Positions 44,331 to 51,434 of a stretch of 53,972 bases of DNA are shown piece after piece (the stretch's first letter is position 1; each line of letters opens with the position of its first letter). The translations under genes and the position numbers were made by a program. Source of the stretch: Candidatus Woesearchaeota archaeon. GTDB taxonomy: Archaea > Nanobdellota > Nanobdellia > Woesearchaeales > JBAZVA01. The notes beneath the pieces were generated by a model. That model was given only the letters and a program-made list of their open reading frames with translations, searched no databases and had not been told where the DNA came from. The stretch spans positions 1-53,972 of the forward strand of contig JBAZVA010000003.1 of assembly GCA_041661165.1 (NCBI GenBank), read 5' to 3'.

Positions 44331-44642
44331 TTATTTAAACAGTGGTTTTCTCTTATTTTTGTGTTTAATTACTGCAATAGTTATTCCTGCAGCAATTGCA
44401 GCACCAATACCTGCTAAAATAAGTTTTGTTGCTTTCGGATTTTTCTTGACTGCCTTGTGATAATCTTTTTCAGCTACAATTAATTTTTGTTTTGCTGCTT
44501 TGAATTCTTTTCTAACAACTGTTCTAGAATCAACTTTTTTACTTTTTGATTGTTTAGAAATAATTTTTCTTCCTTTTGATTTTTTAGAAATTTTCTTTAC
44601 TACTTTTTTAACAATATTTTTACTTACTTTCTTTTTTGCCAT
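44331..44642 (-). CDS. Lys-rich tail-anchored small protein
   Basis: Highly basic N-terminal region of ~75 aa, then one C-terminal TM helix (LILAGIGAAIAAGITIAVI). Confidence 0.4.
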   Translation of the reverse strand: MAKKKVSKNIVKKVVKKISKKSKGRKIISKQSKSKKVDSRTVVRKEFKAAKQKLIVAEKDYHKAVKKNPKATKLILAGIGAAIAAGITIAVIKHKNKRKPLFK

Positions 44643-44710
44643 GTCACACCCTCTTTTTATTTTACGCTAATGATTAAAATAATATAAAATAAAAAAATCA
44701 ATACGATTGT

Positions 44711-47344
44711 TTATCCGAAATAATCAGGTAAATTATCTTTTATCTGTTTTGCACGAGCAACAGAGAAATGTTTCTTAAATTCTTCATATAGTGCTGCAAC
44801 ATCTTCAGTTACTGATGGTACGATATTCTTTATTGCTTCTTCAAAATCACTAGCGACTATTTCTTTTGAAGACATGCTTTTTCTAAGTGAAACTATTGCT
44901 GCTTCTCTGCATAGTCCTTCAATATCTGCTCCAACAAAACCATCTGTTCTTGATGCAAGATACTTTAGAAAAATTTCTTTTGAATCTGAATCTTTCTTTT
45001 TTGTTTTGCTTATTGTGGACGTATCTTCACAGGGATCCTTTAGTGATTTGTAATCAATTGGCATATTCTTCGTATGAACTCTAAAAATATCAATACGTGC
45101 TTTTTCATCAGGTATTGGAGTCATTATTACTCTATCAAATCTTCCAGTTCTAATTAGTGCAGGATCAATCATGTCTGGCCTGTTAGTTGCACCGATTATA
45201 ATTACATCTCGCATTTCTTCAACGCCATCCATCTCAGTCAAAAATTGATTCACCATTCTTTCGGTAACTTTGTTGTCATCATTGCCACTTCTTCTTGAAA
45301 CAATTGCATCAATTTCGTCAAAGAACACAATACAAGGTGCAGTCTGTCTTGCTTTTGCAAATATATCTCTTATGCCTTTTTCAGATTCTCCTACCCATTT
45401 TGAAATTAATTCAGGTCCTTTTACTGAAATAAAATTCGCTTCTGATTCTGTCGCAACTGCTTTTGCAAGTAAAGTTTTTCCTGTTCCGGGAGGACCATAT
45501 AATAAAATTCCTCTTGGCGGTTTTATTCCTAGTCTAGTAAATGCATCTTTATACTTTAATGGCCACTCAACAGCTTCTCCTATGTCTCGTTTAACTTCTT
45601 CAAGCCCGCCAATATCATTCCATTTTACATTTGGAACTTCAATTAAAACTTCTCTCATTGCACTAGGTCTTACGTATCTGAGTGCAGTGTAAAAATCATC
45701 TCTTGTAACTGTTAGTTTACTTAGAATGTCGTCAGATATTCTTTCATCTTTTTTCAAATCAAGTTCAGGAACAACTCGTCTAAGTACTACCATTGCTGCT
45801 TCTTTTGCAAGTGATTGTAAATCAGCTCCAACAAAACCGTGAGTAATTGATGCAATTTCTTTAATCATTCCTTCAGTAAATGTTGAACCTAGATTGTCTT
45901 GTTTTTGTCCTATAAACTTTTTGACTTTTTCTTCATTATCTTTTGCATCAGATGTTAATGTTTCTATAAGAATTTTTAAATCTGTCAATATTTTTTTGTT
46001 GTCATCAACATTTTGTACCATTTGTTTTTTATTTTCTTCATTAGTGATTGTTTTTATTTTTAATTCCATGTCGGAAATTTTATTTGTGAGTGATTCAATC
46101 TTCTTTTCGACATATTCCTTTTTGATAAATGGTTTTATTGGCATATTTCTTGTGTGAATTTTTAATATTGCTTCTCTTCCTTCTTTATTAGGAACTCCTA
46201 TCTCTATCTCTCTGTCAAACCTTCCTGGTCGTCTAAGTGCCGGGTCAAGTGCGTTTGGTCTATTAGTTGCAGCAATTACTAAAACTTTTCCTCTTGATTT
46301 TAATCCATCCATTAAAGATAAAAGTTGTGCAACAACACGTCTTTCAACTTCTCCTTTTGAATCATCACGTTTTGATGCGATTGCATCAATTTCATCAATA
46401 AAAATTATTGCAGGAGAATTTTTCTCAGCATCTTCGAAAACTTTTCTTAAATTTTCTTCAGACTGTCCATAAAATTTTCCCATTATTTCGGGGCCATTAA
46501 TTATACTAAAGTTCGAGTGAGTTTCGTTTGCGATTGCTCTTGCAAGTAAAGTTTTACCGGTTCCTGGAGGACCAAACATTAATACTCCTTTAGGTGCATC
46601 TACTCCAAGTCTTTCAAAAATTTCTGGATGTTTAAGTGGAAGTTCAACCAATTCTCTTACTTTTGATAATTCTTCATTTAATCCACCAATATCTTCATAA
46701 GTAATGTCAGGAACTTTTTCTGTTTCTTTTATTTCTACAGCTTCTGCGCTGTAAACAACTTCAGTATTTTCTGTAATGATGATTGCTTCTTTAGATGGAA
46801 TACAATCAACTACAACAAATTTAATGTCTGAGAATCCAAATGATGAAAAATTTTCATCAAGTAAATTAAATATGTCATCAAAGAACGGAGAGTCGCTCAT
46901 AGTGCTTCTTCTTCTTTTAGTTCCGCCAAGAGATACGATGTCTCCTTTTACACAAGTTCTTCCTAATAGTCCATTTTTAAAAACTGCTGGTGGTGCTTGT
47001 ATTTGGACATTTGCCTGTGATGGTGCAATTGTAATTCTTGTTGCTTCTTTAACTTTTATTTGAGTAACACTAACTACATCTCCGATAGATGCTTTTGCGT
47101 TTCTTCTAACAATTCCATCCATTCGAATAATATTAAGTCCAATATCTGAAGGGTATGCTCTATCAACAATTGCGACAGTTTTTCTTTCTCCTTCGATTTG
47201 CACAATAGAACCAGGTTTCAAACCTATTTGATACATTAAATTAGAATCTATTCTTACGATACCTTTGTTGACAGCGTCTTGTACTGCGTCTGCAACTTTT
47301 AGTTTTAATTTTCCTGCTTCAGGTTCTGATGCCAATAAAACCAC
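44711..47344 (-). CDS. Cdc48/VAT-type double-AAA+ ATPase with insertions
   Basis: N-domain, D1 ([26 protein letters not shown]) and D2 ([26 protein letters not shown]). GTG start. 877 aa. Confidence 0.9.
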   Translation of the reverse strand: MVLLASEPEAGKLKLKVADAVQDAVNKGIVRIDSNLMYQIGLKPGSIVQIEGERKTVAIVDRAYPSDIGLNIIRMDGIVRRNAKASIGDVVSVTQIKVKEATRITIAPSQANVQIQAPPAVFKNGLLGRTCVKGDIVSLGGTKRRRSTMSDSPFFDDIFNLLDENFSSFGFSDIKFVVVDCIPSKEAIIITENTEVVYSAEAVEIKETEKVPDITYEDIGGLNEELSKVRELVELPLKHPEIFERLGVDAPKGVLMFGPPGTGKTLLARAIANETHSNFSIINGPEIMGKFYGQSEENLRKVFEDAEKNSPAIIFIDEIDAIASKRDDSKGEVERRVVAQLLSLMDGLKSRGKVLVIAATNRPNALDPALRRPGRFDREIEIGVPNKEGREAILKIHTRNMPIKPFIKKEYVEKKIESLTNKISDMELKIKTITNEENKKQMVQNVDDNKKILTDLKILIETLTSDAKDNEEKVKKFIGQKQDNLGSTFTEGMIKEIASITHGFVGADLQSLAKEAAMVVLRRVVPELDLKKDERISDDILSKLTVTRDDFYTALRYVRPSAMREVLIEVPNVKWNDIGGLEEVKRDIGEAVEWPLKYKDAFTRLGIKPPRGILLYGPPGTGKTLLAKAVATESEANFISVKGPELISKWVGESEKGIRDIFAKARQTAPCIVFFDEIDAIVSRRSGNDDNKVTERMVNQFLTEMDGVEEMRDVIIIGATNRPDMIDPALIRTGRFDRVIMTPIPDEKARIDIFRVHTKNMPIDYKSLKDPCEDTSTISKTKKKDSDSKEIFLKYLASRTDGFVGADIEGLCREAAIVSLRKSMSSKEIVASDFEEAIKNIVPSVTEDVAALYEEFKKHFSVARAKQIKDNLPDYFG

Positions 47345-47431
47345 CCTTTTTTTGAATTATAATTATTTTCTTGATTAATACAAATCAACCAATACGGACT
47401 GAATCTAAATTAAATATGAAAAAAATAAAAT

Positions 47432-47932
47432 TTATTTTTTCTTGTTATTATTTGCGTTATTTTTCTTAGGCTCTTCCTTTTTCTCTTCATGCTTTTCTTC
47501 TTTTTTTGAAGCGTTTGCATTATTCCCGCCATCCATTCTAACTTTTGGTAATGGTACTGGAGATGGGAGTCCTAAATCTTGTGATATTAAAATTCCTTTA
47601 ATGTAACCTTTTTCAATAACAATGGAAATTACTCTTGCTGTTAAGTCTCTTTCAATTCTTTTTTCTTTTTCCCACATATCAACAATTTCTTTAGCTTTTT
47701 TCTCTTCTTCAATATCAATTACTGCTCCTTCGATTGTGATTACTCCAACTTGTGGTTCGTAAGTAATTGAGAAAGAAAATTCAAATATAATTGCTTTTTG
47801 ACTTGTATGGTTACTTGCACCATAAGATACATTAGTTATTGCAACATTGTTTTTAATAGAAACTTGACCATTATTGTGTTTTTTAGATTTTTCTGCGTGA
47901 ATTTTGTTATACGATATTGATACGATTGCCAT
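47432..47932 (-). CDS. Hypothetical protein with a Lys/Glu/Asn-rich tail
   Basis: 166-aa ORF downstream of cdc48. No motif recognised. Confidence 0.45.
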   Translation of the reverse strand: MAIVSISYNKIHAEKSKKHNNGQVSIKNNVAITNVSYGASNHTSQKAIIFEFSFSITYEPQVGVITIEGAVIDIEEEKKAKEIVDMWEKEKRIERDLTARVISIVIEKGYIKGILISQDLGLPSPVPLPKVRMDGGNNANASKKEEKHEEKKEEPKKNNANNNKKK

Positions 47933-48066
47933 ATTTTGTTCCCCCTGAACTTAAATTTTTTACTTTTTGCACCTACGTGTGCTATAACACTAAAAAACTC
48001 ACTTTTCTTTATAAATTTATGGGTAGTAAATGGGTAGTGAAAATGATAAAAAAATAATGTTACTTT

Positions 48067-49107
48067 CTAAAAAGGCAAATCTTGCTCCACAGGAATACTT
48101 GCTCTTTTTCTTGCATCTTCTCTTAATCCTTTGTGAAAATTAATACGTTTAGAATACAAGTCATTGTGTCTTAAATTTACATCCCTTACAAATCTGTCAA
48201 TGCTATATCTGTTACTTTCAATAGCTTCAACAACTCCGTTTGATTCATTTTGCCAATTTCTAAAATCAGACAAAAGTTCCGGAGTATAATTGGAACTGAA
48301 TTCTTTTTTGTTTAAAGTAACATATAATGAATAAGGATTTTCATAATAATCTCCTTTTTTCATAAAATGAGTTTCATCAAAAGCGAAAGGTGTTTTTTTA
48401 TTCCAAGGATTGCTTCTAGAATGCATTGATGACAATTCTACATCATAAGGAAAACTGACGAGTGTTGTTGGTGTAAGAATTATACATTTTGGAACTTTTA
48501 TATTTTTTGCAGAGTTTTCTAATCTGTCTGAAAAGAAAGCATCTCCTTTAGGTTGTTCATCAACGTATTCTTTCCAAGCTTGAAATTGTTCTAGCATTTG
48601 ATTTTCTTTTTCTCTTAATAGTTCAAGATATTTTTGTCTATCCATTGTACGTGCATCAGTTGCATACACATCAAAACCGTCACATGCATAACCATATTTA
48701 TGACTTCTGTGTGTTGTGCCATGTTCCATCATTCTTATTTTTCCGTCATCTCTTGATGCGATTTCTTTTGCATGTTTTGCAATAGATTCAAGACTATCAT
48801 AATTTGAATCAGGACCAAATGCTATGGCTTTTACAAAAGGAATTTCTTCTTTGACAAAATGAACAGTATCTTTTTCAATTTTTTCAATAATACTTTTTGA
48901 TTCTTTGAACCATTTTGGTTTATCTTTACTATTATCTCTAATATCTGATGTTAAAAAACCGTTAAAAACTAATCCTACTCCTGCGTCACTTGCTACGTAT
49001 AGAATTCCGTCTCTTTGAAATAAAGTAGGTTCTTTTCCACTAATTTCTTTTACTACATCTAGAACAGTATCAACAATATATGTCATAGTATTACCCCCTA
49101 TAAACAA
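48067..49107 (-). CDS. Hypothetical protein
   Basis: 346-aa ORF with ordinary composition. Likely start is MTYIVD at 49086. Confidence 0.45.
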   Translation of the reverse strand: MFIGGNTMTYIVDTVLDVVKEISGKEPTLFQRDGILYVASDAGVGLVFNGFLTSDIRDNSKDKPKWFKESKSIIEKIEKDTVHFVKEEIPFVKAIAFGPDSNYDSLESIAKHAKEIASRDDGKIRMMEHGTTHRSHKYGYACDGFDVYATDARTMDRQKYLELLREKENQMLEQFQAWKEYVDEQPKGDAFFSDRLENSAKNIKVPKCIILTPTTLVSFPYDVELSSMHSRSNPWNKKTPFAFDETHFMKKGDYYENPYSLYVTLNKKEFSSNYTPELLSDFRNWQNESNGVVEAIESNRYSIDRFVRDVNLRHNDLYSKRINFHKGLREDARKRASIPVEQDLPF

Positions 49108-49207
49108 TCGACTAAAATTAAATAATCAATTAATTTGGTTAAATATCCTATAACTACTCTCCAATTACATCTTTATAAATTTATCTTATTTTTGGGTTTC
49201 CTAACTC

Positions 49208-49325
49208 CACATTACTGGCAAACAGAACATTATGCAGCAATTATGTTTGTTCTTTAGAATAAGTAATTATATTGGTACTATTATTAGCTATAACAATGAA
49301 GGCCGGTAAAGACTTCTTTAATGTG
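49208..49325 (+). repeat. Clamp-hairpin repeat, type A, copy 12 (left outer arm truncated)
   Basis: cacatt-ACTGGCAAACAGAACATTATGCAGCAATTATG...GTTCTTTAGAATAAG...ATTATTAGCTAT...AATGAAGGCCGGT-aaagacttctt-taatgtg. Confidence 0.85.
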
Positions 49326-49347
49326 TATTGTAATATGTTTCTTAATA

Positions 49348-49758
49348 TCATAAGAATTTTTTCTTAATATCATTAATTAACAATAACATATTTTCTTTTG
49401 CTTCGCATGCAAATTCTTTTGAAACTGTTTTTCCGTAATAATTGATTTTATTTCTTACTTTTCTGTATTTGTCAAAATTCTCTGCAATTCTTTGATCTTT
49501 TAATATTTCAAGAACAAAATAGTAATACGCTTCATGGCTAAAAAAAGAATATCCTTTCTTAATGCCCACACATTCTAAAATTAAGCGAAGTGCTTCATAA
49601 TGATTTGTAACTGTAAGTGATGCATTTAAATCATCAAGAGGTATTTTTTCAAACGATTTTATTATTGATTCTGACATTAGTATAAGTGATTTTATTTTTT
49701 GATTATCTAAAGGACATTCTTTTACATTTCCTTCTTCTAAAAATGTTTTAAACATCAA
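49348..49758 (-). CDS. HEPN domain protein (toxin-like partner of the upstream nucleotidyltransferase)
   Basis: About 135 aa and helical. 4-nt overlap with the MNT gene. The R-x4-H-like region is weak (KYRKVRNKINYYG), so the call rests mainly on size and pairing. Confidence 0.55.
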   Translation of the reverse strand: MMFKTFLEEGNVKECPLDNQKIKSLILMSESIIKSFEKIPLDDLNASLTVTNHYEALRLILECVGIKKGYSFFSHEAYYYFVLEILKDQRIAENFDKYRKVRNKINYYGKTVSKEFACEAKENMLLLINDIKKKFL

Positions 49759-50282
49759 AATACCTCTATATATCCTGATAGAATTTTCCCGTTTAATATG
49801 TTATTTGCAAGTTCTTTGTGTTCTTTTAATTCTTTCGCACTCATTACAAAAGTTTGTATTTTTTTCTTTAAAATTTGTTCAAATTTTTTTAAATTTTCTT
49901 TTGTGTGTGATTGTTTATTTGATGTTATTATTGCAATATCAATATCGCTGTCTTTTCGGTCTAATCCTTTTGAAGTTGAGCCAAAAAGTATAATTGCGTC
50001 TGGCATATATTCGTCAGAAATTTCTGATACTAATTTTGATTCGTTTATCTTTTTTACATTTTCAAATATCTTGATATTTTTGAAATTTTCATTTTTTTCG
50101 TTCGCCTTATACAGAACAAATCCTCTTTCTTCTTTTCTATCTAAAAGATTTTCTTTTTTTAGTTCTTCTAGTTTCTTTTTCGCACTGGCAGGTGATATTT
50201 TTAATTCTCTTGCAAATTCTCGTATGTGAATCCATCTTTGTGAGTCCTCAATGAATGGTTTTAGTAACATTTCGTTGTCCAT
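49755..50282 (-). CDS. Minimal nucleotidyltransferase (MNT) with an N-terminal winged-helix domain
   Basis: IILFGSTSKGLDRKDSDIDIAII (GS-x9-DxD). N-terminal IHIREFARELKISPASAKKKLEEL looks like an HTH. Confidence 0.75.
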   Translation of the reverse strand: MDNEMLLKPFIEDSQRWIHIREFARELKISPASAKKKLEELKKENLLDRKEERGFVLYKANEKNENFKNIKIFENVKKINESKLVSEISDEYMPDAIILFGSTSKGLDRKDSDIDIAIITSNKQSHTKENLKKFEQILKKKIQTFVMSAKELKEHKELANNILNGKILSGYIEVF

Positions 50283-50477
50283 GTGTTTATTATAATGAAC
50301 ACTTGTTTATATATTTTACTATTGTTCATATTTTTAAACATCTGTTTATAATTTTGAACATATGTCAATTTAAATAAAACATCATTGAAAGCACTTGCAT
50401 CGAGACATATTGTTACTTATAAGTAGTTATAAAAACAAAATCTTTATAAATTATCATTAATTCTTTTATTATTATAT

Positions 50478-51311
50478 ATGGTTTTCAAAGGAGGAAACAA
50501 AATGACAATTGAACTATTCAAAGGTAATTTATTAGATATATCAAAAGAAGCAGACTTGTCTACAGCACTTTCTGCAAAAGAAATACTTACAAAAAGAAGA
50601 AATGATGAATCTCTTGATGGCGAAAATCTTCGTAATACTTGGATGTGGACTGGTGATTTTTCGATGTATCGTGTTGAAAATGGCAAAGTATTGCTTTATC
50701 TTGCTCCAACAGCTCAGAATTTAGTATTTCAAAATATTGAAGACGCATATTGTCAATTTACAAAAAATAGAGATTATAATCCGACAAAAGAAGGAATTGC
50801 AAAAATAATGGATTCTGCAAAATCAGGAGAAACGTTTGTTTGTGATTTATCAAAACTTAATCTTAAGGAACATAATGATGAATGGGTTTACTTTAGTATT
50901 GATGATGCAAAAAAAGGAAAACAAAGAGAGCTAAGAAACAGAGTTTATGATGATGAAGATGTAAATCTTTTAAAAGGAAAAGGAACAAAATTTTTTGTTT
51001 TGAATCCAAAATATGTATTACAAAATGTCAAAGATAATGAATCTGCAGTCGGTCGGGTCTCTTTCCTTGACGGTTGGCTCGATGGTTGCAATTTCGTTGC
51101 TCGTGGTAGGGATGCAGGCGACGACGGTGGTCGGCTAGTTGGGGTACGTCGTAGTGAGCGAGTCGCTGAAAGCGACGAGCGAGTATTCGCGCGCGATAAT
51201 TTTTCAGAAGCATATAAAACAATAATTTCAAATCCTGACAAAGTAACTTCAGAAATGGTATCAGGACTTTCAAATCTTATAGCTTCGTATCTAACAAGGC
51301 AAGCGAAATAA
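50478..51311 (+). CDS. Hypothetical protein carrying an internal GC-rich, A-poor segment
   Basis: 277-aa ORF, likely starting at MTIELF (50502). Codons 51045-51195 use CGG/CGT/CGC/GCG/GGC, unlike the rest of the window. Confidence 0.5.
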   Translation: MVFKGGNKMTIELFKGNLLDISKEADLSTALSAKEILTKRRNDESLDGENLRNTWMWTGDFSMYRVENGKVLLYLAPTAQNLVFQNIEDAYCQFTKNRDYNPTKEGIAKIMDSAKSGETFVCDLSKLNLKEHNDEWVYFSIDDAKKGKQRELRNRVYDDEDVNLLKGKGTKFFVLNPKYVLQNVKDNESAVGRVSFLDGWLDGCNFVARGRDAGDDGGRLVGVRRSERVAESDERVFARDNFSEAYKTIISNPDKVTSEMVSGLSNLIASYLTRQAK

Positions 51312-51382
51312 TAAAATACTACTCTAAAAAAGCATTCTTGAATTTTTTTGCTTTATTTGTTAACAATTTATTAATATACATA

Positions 51383-51390
51383 TTTATAAA
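51383..51390 (+). promoter_or_regulatory. TATA box (TTTATAAA) upstream of mutS
   Basis: 44 nt upstream of ATG 51435, with a GGGGAAA Shine-Dalgarno-like sequence in between. Confidence 0.4.
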
Positions 51391-51434
51391 TGGAAATTAT
51401 ACTTCAATAATTAGAATAATCTTGGGGAAATGGT

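Noticed and set aside
44887-47063. Four plus-strand ORFs (65-140 aa) within the Cdc48 gene
   Set aside because: They are antisense to a gene with unambiguous double-AAA motifs. Their composition is low complexity and Ser/Leu/Phe-rich, typical of antisense frames.
1379-49325. Whether the dispersed repeats could be a CRISPR array or CRISPR remnants
   Set aside because: The copies are 100-170 nt long, kilobases apart, in both orientations and internally structured. There is no regular repeat-spacer periodicity and no cas genes.
1379-49325. Small self-cleaving ribozyme motifs in the repeats (hammerhead CUGAUGA...GAAA core)
   Set aside because: I found no CUGAUGA/GAAA core in either orientation of the consensus. 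I cannot exclude other ribozyme classes by eye, so no claim is made.
50945-51273. Two minus-strand ORFs (98 and 81 aa) inside ORF 50478-51311
   Set aside because: They coincide exactly with the GC-rich patch. The open frames are a compositional side effect, not independent genes.
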